A stretch of DNA of 64,000 nucleotides from Marsupella aquatica (GCA_973895155.1 OZ316893.1:8394963-8458962), one strand, 5' to 3'; shown: positions 12,780 to 25,650, counted from the first letter of the stretch. Notes: generated by a model not told the origin, from the letters alone. Numbers and translations are program-made.

Positions 12780-14240
12780 AAAATTATACCGTGTAATAAA
12801 TGATACACTCTGTGACGAGAGAATTAGAACACCACTTTACTGAAAAAGGACCAACAAAAGAATAAAAGATTTGGGTTTTGGGGCCTTTAGACAAATTCTT
12901 CTTCTTGACTCTCTTAAAGGAAAAACACATACTTTTTACAGAAAAGGGCCAAATAGAGTACAAAAGAATAAACAAGAGAGGTCCCAAATGGACAAAACCA
13001 AACGCAAAAGAAGTGAGCAAAAGGAAACCCCTAAAAACCAAGAAAGAGTAACTAAAACTACCGCAAATGGACCGAGGTCTTCATCATTCCTAGCAAATGT
13101 GACAAAAAGCTAATGGTCTACATCAAGTGTCGAAACTAAATTGGCAAGTGGGATTGGAATGTCCTCTAGGGGGGCTAGCCGTTGTGGAGTCACACTAGCA
13201 CCCATTGTCAGAGATCGACGATAGATGGCCCGAGCTTGAGCACGCTATAAGGTGACTGAAATGCGTTGGCAAAAGTGTGTGGTCAAAATAGATAGCGGGG
13301 GTCCAGTGGGACCCATCCGGCCGTGAACATCCCGAGCAGCTTGGCAAAGAAGCCCGTCAAACTGATGATGGAGACGCCCAAATATCTCAAGAGCAAGGGG
13401 CAGGAAGCTGTCAGATGAAGCTCGTGCAGCATATTTGGCCTCCTTCGTTGTTGCTGCTCGTGATGCTGCTGCCCCTGCCGTTGTTGCCGCTGTCCCAATG
13501 ATGTCTTGGCGCAATGGGTTTGCCACCACTACATCTGCCAAAGTACGGTGACCCTCACGGACCATGGTAAGATCCACCCGTAACCGTTGTGATGGAGGAC
13601 CAGGTAACTCGAGCACCACCTCCCGCCGTGCGCAGACCAAAGAGCCAGAAAGAACCTGAGCAGTGGCATCTCTCACAGCGTCGTGAACAAAAATGGTTTT
13701 GCCGCCCAAATTGCACCGAAGAAAATGGACACCTGTGGCATCACAAGGCTTCCCACAAGTGCAAGTAGGAGGTAAACCAACAAGAAGTGGGTGGGGCAAG
13801 CCCATACGAAGACGCATGGCTGTCGCAAACTCCACTGAAGACATCTGTAGGTGAGGAATGACTGGATTGGCCTGAAGCCAGCCTCCTGCGCCCTTCCCTC
13901 CGGAAGAAAGAATCCGAGCTCGGTCCATGTCAGGTGTCTCGTTGAGGATGCTGGAGAGGGTGAAAGCGTGCATACGCCCAGCAAGGTCTGCCTGAAGACG
14001 GATGGGGTCCAAGGATAAAAACTCCTGAAATGAAGGTAACGCAGCTCGAATAGGATCTGGTAATGATGACCGCGCCGCGCGCAAATGAACCTGAAATGGG
14101 AGAATAACAACCCAAATGCTGCCTGAGAATCTCCTAACTTAGGGAGCATAGGAGTAGGGGCTAAGGCAGCCTGTAGAGCGTCAGCAATGAAAGATGAGCA
14201 AAAGGAGGCGGTACCGACTGGGGAGCCAAAGACCCTTAAT
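12780..14240 (-). mobile_element. 5'-truncated CRE-clade-like non-LTR retrotransposon (zinc knuckle + restriction-like endonuclease)
   Basis: ORF 14084-13245 contains AGGWLQANP..LQMS..EF..AMRLRMG, the CCHC knuckle CTCG..HFLRC, VHDAVRD, RVDL..LADVVV (PD..D), KEAKY and FLPLALEIFG. It ends ISVTL*RAQARAI, where a premature stop replaces Q. This is the typical C-terminus of RLE-type retrotransposons. RT is absent and the boundaries are approximate. Confidence 0.85.
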
Positions 14241-15636
14241 CTTAAAGCTAGCTTGCATGTATCTGGCCCTCAAAATTTTGGCCCTTAACATTCACTCAAT
14301 TTTTGGGGTAAAGCCTTGAGCTCATTGTCTTGACTTTTAAAAAGTCAGGACTGCAAGGGCTGGAATGTTGGGGACCTTGGCCTCGGTTTTTCCAGTTTAA
14401 GAAGCTATCAAGTCTGGCACATGAGGCGTTTCCGGCATGATTTTTCCCATAAGTAATACACTATCCAAACATCAGTTTAGGGGTACAAATTGAAGTGCCA
14501 CACATATGAAGATAGCTCTAATTCTGGAGCTTCACCAGCCAGTCAGTTTACTGCAGAGGAGGGCTTTAGATCCTTTTGCCATTTTGGGGACTCAGGCTTT
14601 TTGGCTCTTAAGTCTTCCCAGGCTTTCTCCCCGGCTTTCTCCCTTGTTTTCTCCCCTTCATTGGGTCTATGGCATTAGGTGTCATGTCTCCCGGTTGGGC
14701 ATTTTTTGTTCTTTGGCAGGGTAGTATATAGTGCCATAAGACACATGTATGTTTTGCCAATCTAAGTGAGATCAACTAGTGGGATCTCAAACATGGATTT
14801 ATTAGGACTTAAATGTCCAATTGTGGTTCCAAGGGGTTTAATTTCCCTTCGCCTAATAAAAACTTAGTGATCACAAATATCCAATTTAGTTTGGAAGGGT
14901 AAGATAGTGGTGATAGAGTACTTTGGTTGGTGCAAGGGAGATATAAGATAGATGGTTCAATCTTGTGTGATCAAGCCTCTTTGGTTGAGGACTCAGTTTA
15001 TTTTTCTCTGGGCACAAAAGGTGCACTGTCTGGTTCTTGTGAAGTAATGAAGGTCTAACTTAGACATCTGTGGTAATCCAGAATTTCCCCTGCGGGGTCA
15101 CCATGGCAGCACTCTAATTCTAAACTGCTGTAGGTGGGATTATGGGTCTCAACTAATGTAACAGGGAATAAAAAATTAGGATTTGTTTGTCATATAGGTA
15201 GATGTAAGTCACCCTCTATGAAACTCCCATCTCACAACTATGTGCAATTCAGCATATAGATGGAATATGCAAAAAGGATTGCAGTGAATATTTGTTCTTG
15301 GTAGAATACAAACCTCTTGCAAGGTAGTTGCCACTGAAATATTTGGGTGGCAAGTGTGCTCTTTCAATCCCAACTTGGAATTGCAATGGATGCAGTTCAA
15401 ATAAAGTGGTTCACATAAGGCTGGTTCTTGCATTGGAATGGTTAAGGGTTACAACTTGTGGTATTTGAGGTTAGTCAGGAATTTTACAATCATATTTGCA
15501 AATACTATGCCACTTAGGTAGCTGGGAGGGGTAGGTATACCTAAGAGAGGGAGGAAGGCAAAAGACAACTTGTTACTATTTCCATTGGCAAGTTACATAA
15601 ATATTTGGATTGGGCTGCATGGAGGTTGGCTATTGA

Positions 15637-16016
15637 TGGTGACTTTACAAAGACATTGGGGCTAATTGAGTCTTTATATTTATTTTGAGATTAACTCTGT
15701 ACCATTTAATGAATGGAAATGGCTTCAATTGGCTTTACCAGATCTGAGGGGCCCATTGATGTATGGTAACTGATCCTATATGGCAAGCAGCGGACCCAAG
15801 AAAATACCAATGGGAGTGGTTATTTTGTCTGAGATTTTATAACCTTTGGAAGACTAAAAGTGGACATAATTTACAAAACCAGCCAGACAAAGTACAATGA
15901 TGTGACGAAAAAAGAGGCCCAAAGTGGACAACACAAAATACTAAAGCAGGAACCCAGTTTGTGTTCAAGAAAAATATTCACAAATGCCCCCCTCCCAATC
16001 TCTTGTAAAGCCACCC
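15637..16016. mobile_element. ~380-bp MITE-like element, same family as 6567-7623
   Basis: The left end TGGTGACTTTACAA and right end TCTCTTGTAAAGCCACCC are inverted relative to each other. The internal segment GCTTTACCAGA..GGGCCCATT..GTATGGT..ATCCTA.ATGGCAAG.AG.GGACCC matches 7329-7396. Confidence 0.55.
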
Positions 16017-16058
16017 GGAGTGCAAAGTGGTTTGGACTGATTGAAGTGGTTGGCAAGG

Positions 16059-16330
16059 GGTTGCACCAAATTTGGGTGCTGATATCAGTTTTGGTTCAAA
16101 TTAGTATGTTAACCCAAGCGATTGGGTCACCACCTAGGAACCGTGTACCAAATTGATGAGTGTAAAAAGCATTGACCATGGATATATAAATAGAAGATAT
16201 CGCAGATGTATCAGTTGCACCAAAGTTGGGTGCTGATGACAGTTTTGGCGCAAATAATATGGTAACCCAAGCGAATGGGTCACCAATTAGGAACCGTTGG
16301 CCAACTTGATAGGTGTAAAAGTATTGGTCA
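16059..16330. repeat. Two-copy ~154-bp degenerate tandem repeat
   Basis: GTTGCACCAAA.TTGGGTGCTGAT..CAGTTTTGG...AACCCAAGCGA.TGGGTCACCA..TAGGAACCGT occurs at about 16060 and 16214. Confidence 0.8.
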
Positions 16331-16623
16331 TTATTGTTGGGATGAAATCGCACTTCACATCTTTGAATAGTATCGTTTGGACAAAAATCAAATAATAGAC
16401 ACAGAGTACTCGGGAAGGGACCCTCCTGGAACTTGCCCATCGTCATCAGCTACTGTACGGCCTGCCCTTTACTGACCGAGTCTTCACCCTCGTTATCCCA
16501 CTGACCGAGGCCCTGCCCGCCTGCTCCGCCCACTTTTTCTGCCCGGATACCCTGCCCGCACGGCTCTGGCTGCCAGTCCGGCACTGTGCTGCCCCTGCCC
16601 GGTTCTAAATCTGGGGTTTTCTT

Positions 16624-17011
16624 TTTTTTTTCCTTGAAAGGAACATTTTACTCATAAGAAAAGTAAATCCCAATAAACCAGGGAGTAAAAAAGCCAGACC
16701 CACAACAGGGCGAAGGCTGAACACCACTCATAAGCCAGACGCATCCAGAAAAGAGGGACAGGATGAAAAGGTAGAGTAAAAAGGAGACCTAAAGTCCCCC
16801 ACCAAAAAAGCTAAAAAGCAAAACAGCTGTGAGGGCTAACTCAACCAAAAGTCCAGGAAGAGAACTAGCAATGTACTAGAACTGAAAGCACTGAACCCAG
16901 GTGAAAATCCAGAAGAAAGGATAATCCAACTGAACAAAGTCACTACATCTAAACCTGTAACAACCTCACATGCGAGGCGCCAGGACGAACAGACTAAAAC
17001 AAATTCAAGGT
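16624..17011 (-). mobile_element. Short poly(A)-tailed retroposed insertion (5'-truncated LINE 3' end or SINE-like)
   Basis: A perfect 23-bp direct repeat GGTTCTAAATCTGGGGTTTTCTT lies at 16601-16623 and 17012-17034. A T-run (poly-A on the minus strand) abuts the left copy. Confidence 0.8.
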
Positions 17012-18318
17012 GGTTCTAAATCTGGGGTTTTCTTCAGTGGCGAAATTTCGGCTTTAATCAGTATAAGAAATTAACGTAAGGAATGTCCTTACCATCTCAT
17101 CATTAGCCAAACTGGATTATTTTAAAAAATCCTTAGAAATTAGATTTTTATTAGTGGCAAAAATTCTCCACATTCCACCATGACACCTCCATCAGCTAAA
17201 ATTTGTCATTGAGCATGTTTCCATTGTGGCATCTCAAACCATGAAGTTTGAGAAAAAAAAATGAAGCCTGAAACTACCAGGTTTGGTCATGGGTTAGGAA
17301 TATGCTCATCGCAAGCAGAGGTAGAAACGAGACTCCCTATTAAATTTTGAGAAGTGAGACCTCCTATTAGGACATGTGAAAGCCGTGTCATAGCAAGGTC
17401 GTATATGACTTTCTGGATGTCGGTCCACACTGGGCATCTTTACAGGTAACCCGTGAAGTTTTGTCATGACCATAAAACCCCATTTCATATGTTTGATCGT
17501 AATCCAATGTCTAGTGACCGGCCACCCTGCCCTAGTGCCCTGCCCTGCCGAGCCCAGCCCCTCCCTTTTGTTCCGGCTGCCAGTTGAGGGCTGCCCGGCT
17601 CTTTTCCATGTTGGTCGGGCTGCCCTGCCCTGCCATTGGCCTGGCTCCGTTCTCCTTCTATTCCCTTTCCATTCCTGTCGTTTGCGCCGTTCACCGTCAT
17701 TCACATCATATTCGGTCCTCTGTCTCTGTCTCTTTTCTTCTCTTTTCTTCTCCCCTCGTCTCCTCTCCCTCGAGCTTTTCTCTCTCGAGTCTTCCGGTCT
17801 CCTCTCCTCTCCTCTCCTCTCCTCTTCTCTCCTCTTCTTCTTGTGTGTCCGCGTTGGTGCTCATTAATCAACAGCGCATTGTTGTTGGCTGGCTTGCTGG
17901 CTGGCTGTGCGGAGCGAGCGTCCTCTGCTGTTTGTTGTCGCTCGAATTGCGCCATCTTCCCGTCGACTGCGCACCACCATCACTGGGTTTCTTCGTCTGT
18001 TTCTGCTCGCTGCTGCTGCTTCTTCTGCTTCTTCTGCGTCTTCTGCTTCGTCGGCTTTGCTGCATCGCATCAGGGAGCGAGACGAGAGAGATCGTCGGTA
18101 GCATTATTCTCGGGAAAGTTTGGAGTACATTCGCGGAGACAGGACGAAGAAAGGAAGGAGTGTGGGAACGGGAGAAGGGAGAAGGGAGGGAGCGATCACC
18201 GACGAGCGCCGGAGAAAGAGATCGGCAGTGGAGTCTTGAGAGCATCGAGGAGGAGGGAGGAGGAGGGAAGAGTCGAGCGAGGTCGGCTGGACTCTGCTGT
18301 TTGTTTGCGTGCGCGGAG

Positions 18319-18378
18319 TGATTGATGATTGATGATTGATTGATTGACTGACTGACTGACTGACGGACGACGGACGGG
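18319..18378. repeat. Compound (TGAT)n/(TGAC)n/(GGAC)n microsatellite in the CAF1 leader
   Basis: The sequence reads gattgatgattgatgattgattgattgactgactgactgactgacggacgacggacgg. Confidence 0.85.
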
Positions 18379-19053
18379 AGGGAGGACAGACTGGAAGAGA
18401 ACGAGAGAGATAAGGGAGTCGACGACTGGAGACGGAACGAGGGAGAGGGAGAGAGCGCTGTGAGGTGTCTCGGGCGGAGTGCTGTGCCGGAGGTGTTCGT
18501 TGCGCTGGTGTGCTGTTTAATAGACGGAGGAGGAGGAGGAAGAGGAGCGGAGTCTCGAGTGTCAATACGAGAGAGTTGGTGTGACGTACGAGGAATCGGG
18601 CGTCAGAAGTGCGAGCGGAAGCGAGAGAGAAGGTGAGAGATAAGCAGAGAGATAGAGAGGACGTTGGGGGATGTGGATGGACGCATGAAAGCCTTGTAGC
18701 GAGAGGAGAGGGTGAAAGTAAGAAGCTCGGAGGCGGAGAGAGATAGAGAGAGAGGAGGGATAGAGTGGGAGAAGCCCTAATCTGTGAGGAGAGGTGGTCG
18801 TGGGGGAGGAGAGGCCCGGGGGGGGGGGGCGAATCGGAGTTGCTCATGTTTGGTTGGAGAAATCGGGGAGTAGCGCAGGAGAAGAGAGCGAGGACAACGA
18901 CAGCAGAAGAGAAGGAAGAGGGGCAACAGAAGAAGCGTATGCGAGCACGGCCGAAACTGCAGCAGCAGAGGGTGGTCTTGGTCGAGGAGGACGTGGACAT
19001 CGTCGTGGGCACGACGAGAAGAGCAAGTACAAGAAGAGCAAGATTTTTAGTAG

Positions 19054-19872
19054 ATGTCAATTATTCCAAAGGGCGGCACCCTCCACATCCGGGAGGTGTG
19101 GGCCGATAACCTCGAACATGAATTTGAGTTAATCCGTGAGATTGTAGATGACTACCCATACCTGGCCATGGACACGGAGTTCCCCGGGGTAGTTGTGAAG
19201 CCGGTAGGCAACTTCAAGAGCAGTGCCGACTACCATTACCAAACTCTGCGCGCCAACGTGGATATGCTGAAGCTGATTCAGCTCGGTCTGACATTTTCTG
19301 ACGAAGACGGGAATCTACCGCGATGTGGGACAATGGACTACTGCGTGTGGCAGTTCAACTTCAGGGAATTCAATCTGAAGGAGGACGTGTACGCGCACGA
19401 CTCGATAGAGCTGTTAAGGCAGAGCGGGATCGATTTCCAAGCCAATGGGGAGAGGGGCATCGACTCGCAGAGATTCGGGGAGCTGCTGATGTCCTCGGGC
19501 ATCGTTTTGAATGAGAGTGTACATTGGGTGACTTTCCACAGCGGCTACGATTTTGGATACTTGTTAAAGCTACTTACCTGCCAAAACTTGCCCACTCGGG
19601 AATCCGAATTCTTCAACTTGATGAGGACTTACTTTCCCACTGTGTATGATACCAAGTATCTCATGAAGTTCTGCGACAATTTGCACGGCGGGCTCAACCG
19701 GCTTGCAGAGATGTTGGATGTGGAGAGAATTGGGCCGTGCCATCAAGCCGGCTCAGATAGCTTGCTCACGTCGTGTACTTTTCGAAAGCTGAAGGAGGGG
19801 TTCCTGAATGGGTCCACCGAGAAGTACGCTGGTGTGTTGTATGGGTTGGGTGTGGATAATAGTGAATTTTAG
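19054..19872 (+). CDS. CAF1: CCR4-associated factor 1 (CAF1/POP2/CNOT7) DEDDh deadenylase
   Basis: Single-exon 272-aa ORF containing [39 protein letters not shown] and [10 protein letters not shown]. All catalytic residues are present. Confidence 0.97.
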   Translation: MSIIPKGGTLHIREVWADNLEHEFELIREIVDDYPYLAMDTEFPGVVVKPVGNFKSSADYHYQTLRANVDMLKLIQLGLTFSDEDGNLPRCGTMDYCVWQFNFREFNLKEDVYAHDSIELLRQSGIDFQANGERGIDSQRFGELLMSSGIVLNESVHWVTFHSGYDFGYLLKLLTCQNLPTRESEFFNLMRTYFPTVYDTKYLMKFCDNLHGGLNRLAEMLDVERIGPCHQAGSDSLLTSCTFRKLKEGFLNGSTEKYAGVLYGLGVDNSEF

Positions 19873-21551
19873 TGCCTTTGGCATGGCATCATAAAGCCTA
19901 TTAGCGGCTTTCTGTACACTGGCATCATCATGCGGACAAAGTCCGTCATTCAATCTCTTTCTAATTAGTCTTGTTTATTTTAATTCCATGTGCCCTCGGA
20001 TTGTGATTATTTTTCTACCCGCTCTCGTCTCCTGTCGGTGCCCCATGTATGTTGTGATTTTGTGCCTGAATTTGTAACCCCACTCTTGTATTCATATGAG
20101 TTGATTCGTTCCGTGGTGGGCCCGGGTGAGACCGGCAAATTTCACATCTATGGCTCCCATCTCTGTTTTGCTGCGCTTTCTTGGAGCTTTCAGTTGTTGA
20201 GATTTCACAGTGAAAGGCACAGCAGAAGGTAGCCCAATGCACAGCACCGTTGCTCCACCTCTCTCGCGTTACTATGGGGACTGGAAGCTTGAAGTGTCGC
20301 ATCTCTTTTAGCTACGAAGCCGGGTGTATCGAAGGGGTTATGTGAGTTTCTCTTGGGGAACAGGGCAGTATTTGGTGTCGAAACGGTGACGAGTGTAGGT
20401 ATTATGCCGGCAGATGTGTCGCGTTCGAGGTTTTCCATCCCTTGCTTCAGTTTGGGACGAAATTGTGCTACGAGTGGGGCTGGAAATATTTTCTTGTATA
20501 TTTAGGGTTCAGCTTCACTGCCATGATCTTCCTCCGGTTGAATTCTGAAACTCAGAGACGTCTGTTTGGTCGAGCCACTTGGAGGGTGCCCAGAGAAGGT
20601 CCTCTCTGCTGAAAGCCCGAGTTGTGTCCTATGCAGGCCCTCATGTTTTAGTGTCTGTTTGCGTCAACAGAATGGCATTTGGGACCTGAATCTTTTGTCT
20701 GCTTCTCGGTACTCATGCTAGCAACCGGGACCTCTTTCAATCACCTTCCTTTGGAGTGCACACAGACAATTGCGACAAAGCAGGACTCAGCTTTACTCTG
20801 AAAGCTGTCCACGTGAATGGTATGGCAGACAAGGTATGATCTCCAAAATGGAACATCTCTGGTACCAGTTTTAATTCGTGTTATCTCTCGGCTCGTGCAG
20901 TAGGTGTTTCTTCAAGGGTGGAGACATCGATTCATTTTCTCTCTTGACAAAATTTGAATCAATTTAATGATTAGCATGCCCTCGCCTCGGTGTGCCGATC
21001 TTGTTGTGACGAAATTGAATAATCTGGACTGAGATTAGTGTTGAACGTTCGCCTTGAAAGGTGCTTGGTATGTAGGTTTGTATGCTATGTACTACAATGA
21101 TAAGTTTACTATGAGTCAGGACCAAGGCAGGACCCTTACAGCTCAAGAAGCTGGAAGCACAAGCCTAATGCTGCTCACTTGGGTCTGAGTTTGTCTTCAG
21201 TGGGAGAATTGCCAGTTTCTTGAAGTGAAGGTGAAAACTGGACCTCGTACTGGTACATTGTGTGAATTGTGTTTAGATGCATGCCGGGGTCTTCATTGTT
21301 ACGTGAGCATGATCCGACTCGAGCTGACAACTGATTTCAGTGGTGCGTGTTTGACTGTTTTTGTATCTCGTCTATGGACGCTTAATTTGTATACTTTAAG
21401 GGGGAATTATGTTACATGAAGGCGAGTGTGATTTCTGTTGACATTTCTGAAGTATGTAGCACGTCATAAAGCTTCCAACGACATGTTACAACTCTTCTTC
21501 GCAGTCCAAGCTTGTATGGGGTCTTGTGACGCTGTTCATCCAGTAAATTTT

Positions 21552-21630
21552 GTGGTTTGGGTTGCTGTCGTGGCTCCTTATAATTCATAGTGGTTTGGGT
21601 TGCTGTCGTGGCTCCTTATAATTCATAGTG
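21552..21630. repeat. Perfect 38-bp tandem duplication
   Basis: GTGGTTTGGGTTGCTGTCGTGGCTCCTTATAATTCATA occurs twice in tandem. Confidence 0.9.
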
Positions 21631-24257
21631 TAGATTCTTCAAAAGGTTCTTGATGTCAACAATATTTTGAGTTAAGTGGAGAGCAACCTGGGAATGTTTC
21701 TACGGTGTTCACTGACTTGATTGTTCCTTGTGTAGTTTGATCTTTGAGTTGTAGGATCCCGGTTGGCCAAGAGTTGGTGATTAGTTCCGATTTGTGGTGG
21801 GGATTTCTTGAAGTGTTTACGAGTGCAACAAAGAACAATTTCATTTTGAATCTGCAGCGGGTAGTTTCCAAAGCTTCATGCTGGAAGTCTTACATTATCA
21901 GTTCGATTATGTGTCTACTTTTGCGTCTCATAATTTGTGATAATGTGATGCCCAGTCGAAGTGAACAAGCACTGTCGGTTTCTTCGTGTGTCGTTGTCAA
22001 GCTGTGAGGCGAAGCCAAACTTGTCGATGTAGTGTCCAAATGGAATGTGGTAGACTTCTACTGGTAAATGCACAAATCTCCTCCAGGTGCTGATGAAAAC
22101 TTGGGCTGGTGATGTGGTTGAGTCCTTGCTACCGATCTTGTGCCGTGAAGCAGAACTTACTGTGTGTCAGTTAGTTTGTGTGGAAGGTATCGCAGTTGCA
22201 GTCTCTACAGCTACGTCATGAAATTTACCTGCCATTAACAATGATGACTGGTTGTCGGATATCGCGACCAAGTTGAAGTTGACTAGTTTTCTGTAACTGT
22301 TTATCACCCACCCTTACTTCAGGATGTCTTGACCTGTGCACCTGTTGATGATATGGGACTAGGACGAAGCCGCCTCTTCAAATGCAGTACATCCTTGCAG
22401 TTGCTTTTGGAATGGTCAGTCCCAAGCTTATCCGAAAGTCGGCTCATTAAGAGGTTGCCATGGGAAGTTGGGACAAGGTCATAAAGGTAAGTTCCGAAGC
22501 AGATTTGTGACTGCTGAAACCTCGCTTTGGCACAATGTCGTCTCTTGGCTGTCATACCATGACCACTGTTTCTGCTACTCAATTGTACGCAGGAAAAGTT
22601 GTTTTCAGTTCGAATGCGGTCTCGCAAATGAGATTCATGAAGCTCCTGTACCACACAAGTTCTGCAGTGAGCCTGGTCTTTCATAATCAGAAGCTGTCAT
22701 GCATTGGGGTTTGAGTGATACTTTGCTTTGAGCGTTTTGAGTGTTCTATGATTTGACATAATATTGGTTAGGGATGAAACACTTTGCAAGTTTCTCCTCT
22801 TTTGCATTTTGTTTATTTTGGTGTGGAAGCTATGAGGGAACGACGGAGAGGTGTTTTTTTCCTGTTGTTGCGTTCGATGGGAATCTAACTCGGATGCCGA
22901 CGTTGCAATCATAGCTAGTAGGCGAGAGTGTTCATTGGAGAGACGAGAAGTGTTTGATTTATGCCATCAGGGGATCAAATGGATGGAGTTGTTCGTCTAT
23001 AACTTGACTCGTACTGCTATCATATTAGGGTTTTCACATCTTTTTATTCCTATGAAAATTAGGTGGTATAGAAAGTGCAAAGTAGGTCAGTCCTTTCTTC
23101 AGGGACCTTGAGTTTTACACGCCAGGTTTACCCAACTATGGCTGTTTCCCGTTCTGTGGAGTATGGCGATGGTTACAGTTTCATATTTAATGGTCCGCTC
23201 TTCACCCTAAACTTGGTCCTATTTGTCATGTACTCTTTGATTTCGGATGTCTTGTATTTTTATGATATTTTTGTTCAGCTTTTGGGTGCTTGTGACAAAA
23301 TCAAACGACAGCTTGAATCCACGCAGGCCAGAAAGGCCAGAACAAGAGCATGCAGCTCTGCATTTGCCACAGATTTTCTTCCTAGGAATCACAAAGGTCG
23401 GAAAGAGTTACAGCCTCTTGATTTGACACAAGTGGGCTTCCTCTTCCTTCATACCAGTGAATTGAAACGACAAGGGACTTTCACCAGAGACGGAAATTTC
23501 TTAAGGGAAGTAGGAATTGGGGAGATTGATTAGCCTCTGCATTGTCTTTAGATTTGTTGTATGAAGCAGGGACATAAGGACGGTGATTGCCTCTGCATTT
23601 GCACAAAGCAGGGACTGTTCTTAGCCTCTAAATTTGTGACATGCAGCAGAGAGACTGTCATCTTCTGAATCTTTCAAGACGGACTTGGGGCGAGGAACTG
23701 TTTCTAGCCTCTGAATTTGAGAGGCAAAGTAGGGAAAAAGAGACTGATTTGTCTTCGGATATGTCGTCGGATACTTGTATGTGATGCACGGGTTGGATGG
23801 ACTGAGAAAAGTAGGACTAAGAGGCATCTGATCAACCATTCTAGAGTCGTAGATCCTGATGGTTAAATGCAGGTACGATAGCGGACGGGAAACCACGTGA
23901 GCGCTGAGACTCGTAGTTGATAGCAAAGGCCTGACAGAAAATGACTTAAATGTAGACGATGTAGAGTGAAATACTGCAACACGGGAGACTGATTTGTGAT
24001 GCAAGTAGTTAAAATAATGCAAACTGAATACCGAATACCAAGCCCGAGAAACACCCATCATTGAGTCCTGAGAGGTGATGTGACATAAAGAAGAAGCTGA
24101 AACGAACCTTGGACAAAAGCATGTGGAGGGTACCTCAAGCAATGAGATCTTTTGAGGAAACAATGACCGGCGATATGTATCTCCAAACTCATCTACTGGT
24201 AGGTGAACTCAAGGACCTCCCAATTATGCGAATCAAAGATCACCGGGTATAGACCAT

Positions 24258-24464
24258 GAGTACTCATGGCTTACAATACTCGATTATGGGTCTGGACTCT
24301 AGGCGTAAATAGTTCTCTAAAAACTGGAACATGGATATAAGGATGAGATTCTTGGAAAGGAGTACTCATGGCTTACAATACTCGATTATGGGTCTGGACT
24401 CTAGGCGTAAATAGTTCTCTAAAAACTGGAACATGGATATAAGGATGAGATTCTTGGAAAGGAG
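24258..24464. repeat. Perfect 102-bp tandem duplication
   Basis: GAGTACTCATGGCTTACAATACTCG...GATTCTTGGAAAG starts at 24258 and again at 24360. Confidence 0.92.
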
Positions 24465-24715
24465 GGAAGTGGGGCAAGTGATCTATCTGAAACGTTGAAT
24501 TAAAGAATTGAAGTACACCTCCAGGAGTCACTTTGATGGGTAAAAAGAAATTCCAAGCGAGAACAGATTCTATGGTCTCCCAGCGAAAGAGCAGCCACTG
24601 GATGAACAACAGAGATACACTTATTAGATACGCACGTGGAGGCTGTTTCATTATTGTGGGGCGCTTGCTTGGACGTGGACGAGTTGCCCCCTTACAGAAG
24701 CTGTAGACTGCTACA

Positions 24716-24860
24716 ACGGAAAGAGGGAGCAACATTTATCATTTATATTTTTTGGGGCACGGAAAGAGGGAGCAACAGAATTGGGACAATAAATTTCTAT
24801 CATTCCGTTGTCTATCACGGAAAGAGAGAGCAACAGCTATCATTTATATTTTTTGTGCCC
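24716..24860. repeat. Three dispersed ACGGAAAGAG(G/A)GAGCAACA motifs
   Basis: The motif occurs at about 24716, 24759 and 24817. Two copies are followed by TATCATTTATATTTTTT. Confidence 0.7.
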
Positions 24861-25248
24861 TCAGCCAAAACCATCACGGAAAAAATGTAGCTCCATTTGC
24901 TCATTTCAGGTAGACATTCGCCATCAGGTAGAACGATTCGAGGCCCTCTTTGTCTATTTCTGCAGGCTATACCAGTCATTAGGTGTAACATTCATTCCTC
25001 TATTTGCTCAGTTTTGATTGCTTGCTGCAAAACCCATGGGGCGCAACATTCCAACAATATGTTTGCACACATTGTTCTGAAGTAGCCATGAGAGCTAAGA
25101 TTTCAAATGCTGTGTTTTCTGATTACTGCACATCAGCCCCCAGGTACAACATTTTGAATGATCCTCTGCTCATTTAGATCTGCTCATTTTGATAGCTTCA
25201 CGCGATCCATGTGCAACAGCTCACGAATCTGTCCGCTCCTTCCCATCG

Positions 25249-25650
25249 CTACGCCCGGGCCATCAAGTGATCATAAAACTTTTCGTGAACTTCTGCCACT
25301 TCCAGATGCCATGCTGCTTCTCTGATTGGCTGGGATGTTAGATCCACAATTTTATGCACCTCGATGAATGGGACGGTGTCTTTGCTGATTCTGCCATTTA
25401 CCAAAACGTACATACCAGGCTCCCAAACCTGCGCTTGATGCGATTTCTGCAAAAAGAGTTCGATGACAGCGCTGCCATCGTCCAGCACCAACGTCCCATG
25501 CTCCAATGGTGTTACCACTATGCCCTGAAGCCAAACTCGCTGGAACCTCAGCTCACCGAGAGCAAACGCCTCACTCCCTTGCAACTCTATTTGCACTGCT
25601 GCTTGCAGCTCTGCCACAAACAGTTTCGGGGCTGGTAGAGACATTTCCAT
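25249..25650 (-). CDS. RMI2: RecQ-mediated genome instability protein 2 (OB-fold, BTR complex)
   Basis: The 133-aa ORF has plant RMI2 motifs FQRVWLQGIVV, LVLDDGSAVIEL, W.PGMYVLVNG and VHKIVDLT..P.REAAWHLEVAEVHEKFY. A probable 5'UTR splice acceptor lies near 25687. Confidence 0.9.
   Translation of the reverse strand: MEMSLPAPKLFVAELQAAVQIELQGSEAFALGELRFQRVWLQGIVVTPLEHGTLVLDDGSAVIELFLQKSHQAQVWEPGMYVLVNGRISKDTVPFIEVHKIVDLTSQPIREAAWHLEVAEVHEKFYDHLMARA

Noticed and set aside
17306-19060. Long ORFs of 229, 245 and 318 aa upstream of CAF1
   Set aside because: They arise from stop-poor CT/GA low-complexity leader sequence, overlap in several frames on both strands, and show no domain motifs.
23075-24163. 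ORFs of 152 and 180 aa as genes
   Set aside because: They have non-ATG or weak starts, no recognisable motifs and no supporting splice structure.
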